A stretch of 64,000 nt of DNA. It comes from an uncultured virus (IMG/VR IMGVR_UViG_3300037601_000035). Its lineage: Duplodnaviria > Heunggongvirae > Uroviricota > Caudoviricetes. The notes below the pieces were generated by a model. It was not told the DNA's origin. It searched no databases and saw only the letters and a list, made by a program, of their open reading frames with translations. The position numbers and the translations under genes are program-made. Below are positions 29,592-38,809 of the stretch, piece by piece (position 1 is the first letter of the stretch; every line of letters starts with the position of its first letter). The stretch lies in IMG/VR virus record IMGVR_UViG_3300037601_000035; one strand, written 5' to 3'.

Positions 29592-30066
29592 AAATTTGGT
29601 TGGTTTATATGAAGATTTTTCTAAAGGTTCTGCTCATTATGCAATTCGAAAGGCAAAAAAGAAACTGTTTGATAATAAAATGTGGCATCATACCAGAAGA
29701 ATGTCTGAAGAAAAATTAGATTTATATGTAAGATTTAGAGAAGATGAAATACAGAAAATCTATGATATAAACAGAGAATATTTTTATAATTTAGAGTCTT
29801 CGATTGAAAATATTTTAGCTGAACATCATTGCAAACAATTTTTAAAATTACACAATAGAACAATTACTTCTAAAGAAAATTCTATTAAAAGAAAAATATT
29901 ACATAAGATTTTATATAAAGAAAAATTAGAAAAAGAAAGAGAAAATATCTTTACTCTAATTGAAAATATATCAAAAGATTTTGAAGGAAAAGAAATAATA
30001 AAAGAACATGAAATTTATGGGGAAGATTTGTTATTACTTATTTTAAGAAATTTATATTTTAATTAA
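29584..30066 (+). CDS. Paralog family B protein
   Basis: LESSIENILAEHHCKQFLKL. Confidence 0.6.
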   Translation: MARNLVGLYEDFSKGSAHYAIRKAKKKLFDNKMWHHTRRMSEEKLDLYVRFREDEIQKIYDINREYFYNLESSIENILAEHHCKQFLKLHNRTITSKENSIKRKILHKILYKEKLEKERENIFTLIENISKDFEGKEIIKEHEIYGEDLLLLILRNLYFN

Positions 30067-30077
30067 AAGGAATTTAT

Positions 30078-30428
30078 ATGATAACAGTTATAACAATAAT
30101 TTTAATAACATTGTTAGCAATGTTAATATTTTCATTTATTATAGATGGAGTTTTATTATATTTCCTTAGTTATAGAAAAAGAGTAATCAAAAGAAAATAC
30201 TGTGAAATGACTTTTAAAGAATTTAAAATTCTTTGGGAAAATGAAAAGATGTACCACATAGATCCCGGTTATGATATGGTTAGTCTTAACGGAATAAATG
30301 TTAAATTTAATTTTTTAAATTATGTTAAATTTTATTTTTGGGTAAAGTTTAAAAATAATAGAAAAATTAAAAAATTACAAAAAGAAGAAAATAAAGTTTC
30401 AATAGAAACAATGTTAGATAATAATTAA
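30078..30428 (+). CDS. Membrane protein with KYxxxTFKEF module
   Basis: TM plus KYCEMTFKEF..F.NYVKFYFW. Confidence 0.65.
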   Translation: MITVITIILITLLAMLIFSFIIDGVLLYFLSYRKRVIKRKYCEMTFKEFKILWENEKMYHIDPGYDMVSLNGINVKFNFLNYVKFYFWVKFKNNRKIKKLQKEENKVSIETMLDNN

Positions 30429-30431
30429 ATG

Positions 30432-30513
30432 GTCCTACTTTATTAAATTGAAAACCCCCATACAAAGATAGAGATTTTTAGTAGAGTCTCTGAATTAATA
30501 AAGTAGGATTTTT
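30432..30513 (+). other. Nested stem-loop (terminator-like or small structured RNA)
   Basis: 14-bp outer stem 30433-30446/30495-30508, inner stem 30470-30491, then U-run. Confidence 0.55.
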
Positions 30514-30534
30514 ATTTTTAAAGGAGAAATAAAA

Positions 30535-30843
30535 TTGATAAATTTTTTAAAAGAAACTGTTGACACACTACATAAATACAAATTGACCTTAGAAGATGTT
30601 GTTTGGATAGGAACCCCTCAAGTAAAAATAGACATAGAAAAATTCAAAGAATTAGCAGATCAAGAATATGATGATCGATATTATCCTATTCAAATTTCTA
30701 GAGATTTGCTTGTAGTAGGAAAAGATTGGTGGTTAGAAAGAAGAACTTATGAAGGTTTTGAATGTTGGGAATTTAAAAGACTTCCTAAGGAACCTGCTGA
30801 AACTAGAGATACTGGAAAAATTATAGGAAATACTGATTTATGA
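30535..30843 (+). CDS. Conserved phage protein
   Basis: DLLVVGKDWWLER..YEG.E.WEFK motif; AAGGAG RBS. Confidence 0.7.
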   Translation: MINFLKETVDTLHKYKLTLEDVVWIGTPQVKIDIEKFKELADQEYDDRYYPIQISRDLLVVGKDWWLERRTYEGFECWEFKRLPKEPAETRDTGKIIGNTDL

Positions 30844-31430
30844 TAGAAAATAAAGAATTAGAATTTAGAGCATGGGATATTAAACGTAAATTAATGTTAC
30901 CTGTTTTAAGATATGGATTGTGGGTATTAGTAACTCCACCAGACGATGATGATGAAGGGAATAAATCCTATGAACTACAATCAAAATTATACGAAGATGG
31001 TTCAGGAGAAGTAGAATGTATTACCATGCAATATGTAAGATTAAAAGATAAAAATCAACAGAAAATTTATGACGGTGACTTTATAAGATATAAACATATC
31101 AATAGACGCCGAGAAGAATTTCCAGGTCCTTTAGGAGGCGTAGGATATTTAGAACCTTTTATAGATGAAGAAATATTATTAGTTGATAATTTCGGAACTC
31201 TAGAATTTTCTTTATTTTATGTTGCATTAGAATATGATAGAGAAATAGTATTAGATGAATGGGGTATGTCAATAGATAAGTGGTTAGGACCTGAAGGAGA
31301 TTTACAATATCTTTTAGATGAATATAATTTTAAAGACGAAGAAGAACTATTAAAGCATTTAGGTTGCGAAGTAATAGGTAATTGTTTTGAAAATCCAGAA
31401 TTAATAGAAGAAATAGATGAAAGTAATTAA
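30840..31430 (+). CDS. YopX family protein
   Basis: FRAWD, MQYVRLKDKNQQKIYDGD, EVIGNCFENPEL. Confidence 0.85.
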   Translation: MIENKELEFRAWDIKRKLMLPVLRYGLWVLVTPPDDDDEGNKSYELQSKLYEDGSGEVECITMQYVRLKDKNQQKIYDGDFIRYKHINRRREEFPGPLGGVGYLEPFIDEEILLVDNFGTLEFSLFYVALEYDREIVLDEWGMSIDKWLGPEGDLQYLLDEYNFKDEEELLKHLGCEVIGNCFENPELIEEIDESN

Positions 31431-31668
31431 GAAAAAACCAGAAGAATTTCATGCATATCAATGGAATGGAAGTACATGGGAAGAGTATTGTGAATACGCA
31501 AAGAAGGTTAGAGAAGAAACTGGAATAGTAGTTTATTTTGATAAAGATGATTACCACGTTTCTGTAAATTGGCAAAATATTTACAAAGGAGAATATTTAT
31601 TAATAGATAGAAATAAAATGTGTCAAAAATTAACAGAAGAAGATTTTAACAAATATTATAAAAAATAA
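31417..31668 (+). CDS. Conserved phage protein (KKP..A.QW family)
   Basis: KKKPEEFHAYQWNG..EDFNKYY. Confidence 0.65.
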   Translation: MKVIKKKPEEFHAYQWNGSTWEEYCEYAKKVREETGIVVYFDKDDYHVSVNWQNIYKGEYLLIDRNKMCQKLTEEDFNKYYKK

Positions 31669-31669
31669 A

Positions 31670-32005
31670 ATGATCACTGATATAGTTTTAAATAATTATC
31701 CAATCAATGAAAATTTTAAATGGAGAACAAATCCTGGAAAATTTTTATTTCCTAAAGACATGGACACTATGCACTTGATGAATACTCTTAAAATGATATG
31801 GAACAATTTTACAAGTTATGAGAAAATAGAACCTGTTAATTTATATGATTTTAGTCCATATTACACAGATGAATATATTTGTGAAACTATTGTTCATTTA
31901 TTACACGAACTGAAACAAAGAAAAAATAAATTGAATGGAAATCAAATAAAAATTTTACATCAAATGAATGAAGAATTAAATAAATTAAAAGAGCTTGAAA
32001 AATGA
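31670..32005 (+). CDS. Hypothetical phage protein
   Basis: WRT..PKDMDTMHLMNTLKM motif. Confidence 0.65.
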   Translation: MITDIVLNNYPINENFKWRTNPGKFLFPKDMDTMHLMNTLKMIWNNFTSYEKIEPVNLYDFSPYYTDEYICETIVHLLHELKQRKNKLNGNQIKILHQMNEELNKLKELEK

Positions 32006-32262
32006 GTTGGAAAAAATATAGAAGAACTAATGTTGCAGAAATGAGACCCGTTACAATTCATGATATTGATCATTTCAATTTATATGATTTTATAGCTGGT
32101 AATGTCAACAGTCTTTCAGTACAAATTTCTATTTCAGAAGCAGATTTAAAAAACGGAAGTCCTAAATTAGGAGATATGATAGCAAGAAATCCCGAAAATC
32201 ATAAAGATCAATGGTTAGTTGCAGAACAATATTATAAAGATAACTTTGAGGAAATGTCTTGA
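32002..32262 (+). CDS. Conserved phage protein
   Basis: AEMRP..SPKLGDMIARNPENHKDQWLVA..YYKDNFE. Confidence 0.7.
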   Translation: MSWKKYRRTNVAEMRPVTIHDIDHFNLYDFIAGNVNSLSVQISISEADLKNGSPKLGDMIARNPENHKDQWLVAEQYYKDNFEEMS

Positions 32263-32585
32263 GCAATAATACAAAAAATATTTTTTCGGGATACGAATGG
32301 CAAATGGAGTTCTGGTATGATGAAGAAACATCAACAGCACATTGGAACAGAAGAGGTAATATACCAAAAGGTATACGAATATTTCCGTTTTCAATGATTG
32401 TACAAACAGATGAGATTGTAAAGATAAATAGTGGGAAAAACTCTAAAGATAGTATGAAAATGGATAGAGAAACATTTGACGATTTAGCTCTGTTATTTGA
32501 GGGGTTGGAAGAGTGTGATTCTGAATTTATTAGGAAGAAGGCTATAATTAGCAATAGACATAAACAATCAGAAAAAATAAAATGA
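32259..32585 (+). CDS. Paralog family A protein (N-module only)
   Basis: GYEWQMEFWYDEET...W. Confidence 0.6.
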   Translation: MSNNTKNIFSGYEWQMEFWYDEETSTAHWNRRGNIPKGIRIFPFSMIVQTDEIVKINSGKNSKDSMKMDRETFDDLALLFEGLEECDSEFIRKKAIISNRHKQSEKIK

Positions 32586-33271
32586 ATAAAATAAGAACTT
32601 ATAAAAAAGATGGATGGGAAATCCAAATTAAATTTGATGAAGATACCAATCTTTTACTATATAGACGATTGAAAGGTAAAATAAAATCTTATATAGACGA
32701 AGTATCTGAAAGTCCTTATTACGCAGAAATGACTTCAAGTTTAATTTCTACTATAAATCGTATTCAAATAGAATCTATTTGGAATAGCACAACCACGACG
32801 AAAAGATCCTATAAAAATCTAGTTAATTTTTTAGATTCTATTATTCAAAATGAAAAAGTATTTCACAATGAAAATTTTCATATTAGAGTTTGGGAAAATC
32901 TAAATGCTGTAGGAATAGAAACTATTTGGATTAAAGAAGATTTTTATTATAATTCAGAAAATGATAATAAAAACAATTTCAGTATCGTAATTAATTCTAA
33001 TGAAGTTACATCTATTTATAGTGATGACTGTATATTTGCATTTGGAATGGAATTCTCAAAAGACGCCATTTGGACAAATGAAATTGATTATACGTTTAAA
33101 GAGCTTTGTGAAGCACTTGAAGAAATAGAAGAAAAAACATGTACTAAAAAAGAAGAAGTTTTAAAAAAACTTATTTTAGATAAAATAAAGATTTTAGAAA
33201 TAATTGAAGATTATTCATCTATAGAGGTTCTTTATAGCATACTACAAGAATACGAGAATAGTTTAAAATGA
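32582..33271 (+). CDS. Paralog family A protein
   Basis: WEIQIKFDED..VWE..VGIETIWIKE..EIDYTFKELCEALE. Confidence 0.7.
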   Translation: MNKIRTYKKDGWEIQIKFDEDTNLLLYRRLKGKIKSYIDEVSESPYYAEMTSSLISTINRIQIESIWNSTTTTKRSYKNLVNFLDSIIQNEKVFHNENFHIRVWENLNAVGIETIWIKEDFYYNSENDNKNNFSIVINSNEVTSIYSDDCIFAFGMEFSKDAIWTNEIDYTFKELCEALEEIEEKTCTKKEEVLKKLILDKIKILEIIEDYSSIEVLYSILQEYENSLK

Positions 33272-33423
33272 AAAAAATATTAAAGAATTAGAAGAGTTAG
33301 ATAAAAGAATTGAAAGACTTGAATATGGAAGAAAATACTATGGAGAAAATGATTATGAAAAAAATCTACTTCTTATAAACAATAAGCAAAGATTATTAAT
33401 TAATTTATTAAAAGGAGAATAAA

Positions 33424-33702
33424 ATGACAATATTAACAAATAGAGCATCTGGAAGAACGTCTGCACTTGTATTACAATCAGCAGATAGAAAATATCCTAT
33501 TATTTGTTCATCTAAACAGAAAGCAGAATCTTTAAAATATCAAGCAAAAATATTTAACGTTGAAATACCAGAACCTATTATCTATAGTCAATTAGTAGAA
33601 GGTAGAGTATTAGGAAAACAATATGATGGATTTTTAATGGACGACGCGCATGAAATTCTTCAAAAAATGTGCGGCGATAAATTAAAAACTATTGCTATAT
33701 AA
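33424..33702 (+). CDS. Small degenerate P-loop-like phage protein
   Basis: RASGRTSALV..IPEPI..LMDDA. Confidence 0.6.
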   Translation: MTILTNRASGRTSALVLQSADRKYPIICSSKQKAESLKYQAKIFNVEIPEPIIYSQLVEGRVLGKQYDGFLMDDAHEILQKMCGDKLKTIAI

Positions 33703-33745
33703 CTTAAGGTTATCACAGAAATGATTCAGATTTAATTTAAAGCAT

Positions 33746-33780
33746 AAAAGGTATAGTAACATATACCTTTTGTTGTTTTT
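33746..33780 (+). terminator. Intrinsic terminator
   Basis: AAAAGGTATA-N6-TATACCTTTT followed by T-rich tail. Confidence 0.65.
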
Positions 33781-33793
33781 ATTTTAAAATTAA

Positions 33794-33842
33794 TTTTTTT
33801 ATTTAAAAAATTTTTCTTATATTACATCACATTTAATTAACA
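33794..33842 (+). promoter_or_regulatory. Putative early promoter, copy 3
   Basis: Repeat motif plus leader. Confidence 0.8.
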
Positions 33843-33854
33843 TTAATAATATAA

Positions 33855-34475
33855 ATGAAAATGAAACCAACAATAATTAATTTCTTTGCAGGTCCTGGAG
33901 CAGGAAAATCGACATCATCTGCAGGGTTATTTTATAAAATGAAGTTAGATGGATTTAATGTTGAATTAGTAAATGAATATGCTAAAAAGAAAACATTTGA
34001 AAATAATTCTACTGCTTTATCTAAACAGTATTATGTTTCTGCTAAACAGGTTTATTATCAAGAAATAGCAGAAATGCATTATGATTATGTAGTTACTGAT
34101 TCTCCTATTCTTTTAGGATCTATTTATTCTCAAATAGAATTAGATAGACAATTAGAAAATGAAAATATTCTTCCAGCAGAAAAGAAATATTTACAAACAA
34201 TTCACGATTTACATGATAAGTTTTTAGTTGAAACTTTTAAAAATAAAAACAATATTAATTACTTTGTAAAAAGAAATCCTGAAACTTATTCAGAAATAGG
34301 AAGAAATCAATCACTAGAAGATTCTATGAAAATTGATTCTAGGATTGAAAATTTCTTACAAGAAAATTCAATTCAATATACTGAAATAGAAAAAGATTTT
34401 GAAAAACAAGAAAAAGAATTTTTTAAGTTAATGAATACTTTAAAGGAGATAAAAAAATGGACACAAAAGAAATAG
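33855..34475 (+). CDS. P-loop kinase (AAA_28/NadR-like)
   Basis: GPGAGKST, ELVNEYAK, VVTDSPILL, GRNQS. Confidence 0.75.
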   Translation: MKMKPTIINFFAGPGAGKSTSSAGLFYKMKLDGFNVELVNEYAKKKTFENNSTALSKQYYVSAKQVYYQEIAEMHYDYVVTDSPILLGSIYSQIELDRQLENENILPAEKKYLQTIHDLHDKFLVETFKNKNNINYFVKRNPETYSEIGRNQSLEDSMKIDSRIENFLQENSIQYTEIEKDFEKQEKEFFKLMNTLKEIKKWTQKK

Positions 34476-34900
34476 ACAAAATTGCCAAAGAATTGTATGA
34501 TAAAGTATGGAATGCATGTAAATTAAAATATGGTTCAAAATTTACTGATCATATAGATAAAAATGATGATTTTTTATTGATTTGGAAGGATTACACTACA
34601 GACAAACATTATCAGTATGGATTCCAACACGAAGACTACTATTGTGGAAATACTGAATACTACACCTTTCAAGTTACGGTCGAAGATTTTGAAAAAACAG
34701 CTGAAGATTTTCAAAAAGAAAAAGAGCTTGAAGAAAAAAGAAAAATAGAAGCTCAAGAAAAAGCAGAAAAAGAACGTTTAGAAGCTGTAAAAAGATCTGA
34801 AATTGTTCAATTAAATGAATTGATGAAAAAATATGGAATTCCTCAAACCGAAGAAACGAATTTACTTGCTAATTTATTAGATGAAGATGATAAGGTTTAA
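34457..34900 (+). CDS. Hypothetical protein, paralog of 35147-35572
   Basis: LYDKVW..KLKY..F.VTVEDF plus coiled coil. Confidence 0.65.
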   Translation: MDTKEIDKIAKELYDKVWNACKLKYGSKFTDHIDKNDDFLLIWKDYTTDKHYQYGFQHEDYYCGNTEYYTFQVTVEDFEKTAEDFQKEKELEEKRKIEAQEKAEKERLEAVKRSEIVQLNELMKKYGIPQTEETNLLANLLDEDDKV

Positions 34901-34922
34901 CATAAATAAAGGAGAATTAAAA

Positions 34923-35090
34923 ATGAATTGGAAAGCACTAGGACTATCACTAGTAGTAACAGTTGCGACAGTAATTTTTGCGTATGCTGTTGCATTTAGT
35001 GTAATAACATTTGGAGAATTGGCTACTGTGATATGGTTATTAATTGTGTGTATTGTGGTAGGGTACCTAATGATAAAAGATATGGTATAA
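34923..35090 (+). CDS. Small two-TM protein
   Basis: AGGAG RBS; hydrophobic. Confidence 0.6.
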   Translation: MNWKALGLSLVVTVATVIFAYAVAFSVITFGELATVIWLLIVCIVVGYLMIKDMV

Positions 35091-35160
35091 AACTTACGGT
35101 GAAATCAAAATGAAACATTTCAAATAAAACTTACGGTGAAATCAAAATGAAACATTTCAA
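35087..35160. repeat. Perfect 37-bp tandem duplication
   Basis: ATAAAACTTACGGTGAAATCAAAATGAAACATTTCAA x2. Confidence 0.95.
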
Positions 35161-35572
35161 AAAAGAAGAATTAGAAGAAGTATTAGATTATATGTACGAT
35201 AAATTCTTTAAAGTACTTAAAGAAAAATATTCGGACAATTGGGCAGTTCAAAAAATGGAATACGGAGCACCACTAACAGTAGAAAAGAAGGGAAAGGAAA
35301 CGATTCTTTCTTTTATGTACGATCATTATCCAGTAGATTCAGAGGGTAATAAAGAATATTTTAACGTTAGTATAGATGATCTGTATACAGATTTTAAAGA
35401 TTGGAAAAAGAAAGAACAAGAAAAGATGGATATTCTAAAAAGAATAAAAGAAGACGAATTAAGAATAGAAAGAGAAGAAAAGATAGAGGAAATGGAATAT
35501 TTGAAAAGAAGGGCTGAAGAAGATGAAATAGAAAGATTAAATTTATTATTAGAGAAATATAATGAGACTTGA
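35147..35572 (+). CDS. Hypothetical protein
   Basis: Paralog of 34457-34900. Confidence 0.65.
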   Translation: MKHFKKEELEEVLDYMYDKFFKVLKEKYSDNWAVQKMEYGAPLTVEKKGKETILSFMYDHYPVDSEGNKEYFNVSIDDLYTDFKDWKKKEQEKMDILKRIKEDELRIEREEKIEEMEYLKRRAEEDEIERLNLLLEKYNET

Positions 35573-35900
35573 TAAAGTTATAAACCAGAATGAAAATTTG
35601 GTGAAAAATATTATTGGAGCAAGTGAAATAATTTATACAGATGATATTGATTTAGAGTCAAATATTTTATTAAAAGTAGATGGCGATTGTGTAATTTATA
35701 TGACTGTTGGGAAAGATGTAAAAGAAGAATGGTTAAAAAGACAGAAAGAAGAAATACAAAGATTAAAATCTTATATTAGTAAAATAGAAAGTAAATTAAA
35801 TAATGAATCTTTTATTTTAAAAGCACCTGCGGATGTTGTTAAATTAGAAAGAAAGAAACATAAAGACCTTATTAATAAATTAAAGTTACTAGAAAAATGA
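35562..35900 (+). CDS. Stand-alone valyl-tRNA synthetase C-terminal coiled-coil arm
   Basis: EIQRL..I.KIESKLNNESFILKAPADVVKLERKK matches the ValRS arm signature KL.N..F..KAP..VV..ER.K. Confidence 0.75.
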   Translation: MRLDKVINQNENLVKNIIGASEIIYTDDIDLESNILLKVDGDCVIYMTVGKDVKEEWLKRQKEEIQRLKSYISKIESKLNNESFILKAPADVVKLERKKHKDLINKLKLLEK

Positions 35901-36115
35901 GTAAGAATATAAAATACCACAAAAGCAAAAATTGGATAATTGGCTTAATAACTATAACTATTATTGTCTACTTGATTTTTTCATTTATCCATTTAACATT
36001 TGATTTTACAGTATGGGAAAATATATGGAAAATAGGTGGTATTACTTTAACGTTTTTTATATTTTGGTCACTAATTTATGGAATGTATATGAAAACTAAT
36101 GACAATGAAAAATGA
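35897..36115 (+). CDS. Two-TM membrane protein
   Basis: Hydrophobic segments. Confidence 0.6.
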   Translation: MSKNIKYHKSKNWIIGLITITIIVYLIFSFIHLTFDFTVWENIWKIGGITLTFFIFWSLIYGMYMKTNDNEK

Positions 36116-36270
36116 AACTAATTAGGAAAAACACCCCACAAATTGAAGCTTTTAAATGGGAAGGGAACTTCACAAAAGAATTAAAGATGATGTTAGCAAG
36201 ACATAGTTATAAAGATTACTCTATATTATCCGAGCAAGAAGTTAAACAAAAATATGAGGTTTTGAAATGA
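36112..36270 (+). CDS. Small protein missing from ORF track, related to 31417
   Basis: MKLIRKNTPQIEAFKWEG; ATGA overlaps at both ends. Confidence 0.55.
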   Translation: MKLIRKNTPQIEAFKWEGNFTKELKMMLARHSYKDYSILSEQEVKQKYEVLK

Positions 36271-37004
36271 GCAGACTAAAACACTACAAAGGGGAAGATT
36301 GGGAAATTAAGATTAAATATGATGAGGATATGGGAATGGTGCTTTGGAATGACAGGTGTGGAGAAATACCTTATTACCTCCCCTATTCAGAAGCAGACCA
36401 ATTAATATCAAAGATGAATCAAGATAGAAAAAACGCTTTGATTTATTCTCAATACGTATTTAATCATCTTACTAAGCATCTCGACAACCTAACCAAACCT
36501 AAGATTATAACCGAAAGAACTTTTGATAATCCGAACTTCAAGATAAAGATTTGGGAAACTGAAGACAAAGTAGGAGCGGAGACTATTTGGATTAAAGAGG
36601 GGTTTAAGTGGAACACCAATATCAATGACCTAGAGTTTGCTAGAGATATTTCTATTGATAAAGAAGAAACAACAGAACTTTTTGTCGAAAACATTTATCC
36701 TTATTTCGGTATGAGTGGCACAAAGAGCGATATTCACAAATCCGAAATCAACTACACCTTCACCGACCTTTGCAAAGCACTCGAAAGAGCAGAGCAGCAG
36801 ACAAGCAAACTAACTTATGACACGGTTGTTAAAGAGTTAGAAGGATTGGAGGAAATGGAGTTATATGAAGCTATGAAGAAGTATGAATATAGCTATGTAT
36901 TAGAGTTTTGGGATTGGTTCCCTTTGACAAGATTATCAATACAATTTTTCAGTATGCGAGAAGCTGTTGAACGCGGTCTAATCAAACTAAGGAGGGCTAA
37001 GTGA
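36267..37004 (+). CDS. Paralog family A protein
   Basis: WEIKIKYDED..IWETEDKVGAETIWIKE..EINYTFTDLCKALE. Confidence 0.7.
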   Translation: MSRLKHYKGEDWEIKIKYDEDMGMVLWNDRCGEIPYYLPYSEADQLISKMNQDRKNALIYSQYVFNHLTKHLDNLTKPKIITERTFDNPNFKIKIWETEDKVGAETIWIKEGFKWNTNINDLEFARDISIDKEETTELFVENIYPYFGMSGTKSDIHKSEINYTFTDLCKALERAEQQTSKLTYDTVVKELEGLEEMELYEAMKKYEYSYVLEFWDWFPLTRLSIQFFSMREAVERGLIKLRRAK

Positions 37005-37043
37005 AAACATCTGAAGTAATAGAAGTAATAAAGGAAAGAAAAA

Positions 37044-37238
37044 ATGACTAAAAAAGTAGAATTAACTGACCTAGAAACATCCATAATAGAAAATGCTCTT
37101 ATCTATCAATATGATGATATTAATAATAGACTGGTAACAGATGTTGAAACCCAAGAATTAGGTGATGTTGAAAAAAAGATATTGATTCAACAAAGAAAAC
37201 TAATAGAACCAATAATTAAAAAATTTGAAAATTTATAA
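37044..37238 (+). CDS. Hypothetical protein
   Basis: ORF with RBS. Confidence 0.55.
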   Translation: MTKKVELTDLETSIIENALIYQYDDINNRLVTDVETQELGDVEKKILIQQRKLIEPIIKKFENL

Positions 37239-37251
37239 ATAAAAATAAATC

Positions 37252-37689
37252 ATGACTGGTGAAGAATATAAATTAATAGTATTTAACGGAAAGATAGAAA
37301 AAAATAGATGTGTTGAAATTATTTCAACTACTAGAACTAAAACCGTTTCAGGAAAAGATTTAGAAGAAACTTCAACAGTAATTCTTTCTGAAGAAATGGA
37401 AGAAAAAATAGGGTGGAAATATAAGTATGCTAACGTAAAATATTATATTTCTGAAGAAGAGATAGATCCTGAAACTATTCAACTTGATTATTTGAATTAT
37501 ATTTTTGGATCTCCAAAAGTAACACATGTTCCTATTTATGGAAGTGAATTAACTGGTTATATGTATACTAAAGAAGAATTTAAAATAGGTGGTCATTCAT
37601 TAATAAATATTTTATCTTCAAACATAGATAAATATGTTCATTTAGAAATAGAATTATTTACAAACAAGAAGGATGATAATGACAATTAA
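37252..37689 (+). CDS. Hypothetical protein, paralog of 54873-55292
   Basis: SELTGY..GGHSLINILSSNIDKYVHL. Confidence 0.65.
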   Translation: MTGEEYKLIVFNGKIEKNRCVEIISTTRTKTVSGKDLEETSTVILSEEMEEKIGWKYKYANVKYYISEEEIDPETIQLDYLNYIFGSPKVTHVPIYGSELTGYMYTKEEFKIGGHSLINILSSNIDKYVHLEIELFTNKKDDNDN

Positions 37690-38026
37690 CGAATTTATAA
37701 AAGATAAAGAATATAATATTTCTGATATTGTACAAATGAAAACAAGAATTTATTGTATTGACGATCTTAATTTAAGTGTACAAGCAAGCTGGGGACATTA
37801 TTGTGATCCTAGGAGAGATGCTGCTGATTTTTATACTCAAGTTGAAATAGGCTATCCAAGTATAAAAATTCCAGAATTGATGGAATATGCAGAAGATCCA
37901 GAATATCCTACAGAAACAGTCTACGGACATGTTCCAGTTTCTTTAGTAGATAAAATATTAAAAGATTATGGAGGAATAGATCCTCTTAAAACATTAACTC
38001 ATAAATACGATAGAGAAATGAAATGA
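37673..38026 (+). CDS. Conserved phage protein
   Basis: SVQAS.GHYC.PR..VEIGYPS..YAED..TETVYGHVP. Confidence 0.7.
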   Translation: MIMTINEFIKDKEYNISDIVQMKTRIYCIDDLNLSVQASWGHYCDPRRDAADFYTQVEIGYPSIKIPELMEYAEDPEYPTETVYGHVPVSLVDKILKDYGGIDPLKTLTHKYDREMK

Positions 38027-38274
38027 AAGAAACTAGAAGCATAGAAGTAGATTTTGAAGATGTAGAAATTACTAAATTTGATTCAGAAGATTCTTTTTAT
38101 ATTGAAGTTAAATTAATACAACATGACACGCATATTTGTAAAAATCTTTCATATCAAAAGAAGCATATAAGAGATAGTAAATTTAAAAGCTTTAATGAAA
38201 AACGATTACGAAAAATTAAAAACGAATTAAGTGATATTGCTTTAAAACATAGAGAATCAGAGGAAATAGAGTAA
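38023..38274 (+). CDS. Hypothetical protein
   Basis: Coupled ORF. Confidence 0.55.
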   Translation: MKETRSIEVDFEDVEITKFDSEDSFYIEVKLIQHDTHICKNLSYQKKHIRDSKFKSFNEKRLRKIKNELSDIALKHRESEEIE

Positions 38275-38807
38275 TGGAAAAATACACAGAAGAAGAAATA
38301 AAAAAGTATATTGATAAAATGTCTTTAAATGATTTAGAAGAAAATTCAAAATTTTTAAAGGATCAAAAAGATAAATTTATGGATGTTTATAATTATAATA
38401 CTTCTATTTTACAGGATAGAATAAATGAATATAAATATAAAGAATATTTTCAAGATTTAAAAGAAGTTGAAAATACATATTATTTTTCTATGAAAGAAGA
38501 CGACATTAAAAAAGTTCGAATAACTTTACTATCTTTAGGAAAAGTATTTAAAGATAAAATGTTTCCTGTAATAGAAAAAAGAGCATGGAGCTTTATTGTA
38601 TGGGAAGGAGTAATCATAGAATCTAATTGGCTTCCGGGAAAAACTACAATTACTCCCAGTATAGTAAAAGAAAGAAATAAAATTACTAAAGAAAAATTTA
38701 ATGAATTATTTGAAATGTTAAAGTTTGATGATAAGGGAAAAGAGTTATTTAATTCTATGTTCGAAGAAAATTTTCCTGATATAAAACCTTTAAAAATAGG
38801 AGAATAG
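38274..38807 (+). CDS. Hypothetical protein
   Basis: Coupled ORF; weakly similar to 60871. Confidence 0.6.
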   Translation: MEKYTEEEIKKYIDKMSLNDLEENSKFLKDQKDKFMDVYNYNTSILQDRINEYKYKEYFQDLKEVENTYYFSMKEDDIKKVRITLLSLGKVFKDKMFPVIEKRAWSFIVWEGVIIESNWLPGKTTITPSIVKERNKITKEKFNELFEMLKFDDKGKELFNSMFEENFPDIKPLKIGE

Positions 38808-38809
38808 AG

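Noticed and set aside
31417..32262. Small conserved proteins as known anti-defence sponges (Acb/Tad)
   Set aside because: I cannot match them confidently to those families from memory; needs an HMM or structure search
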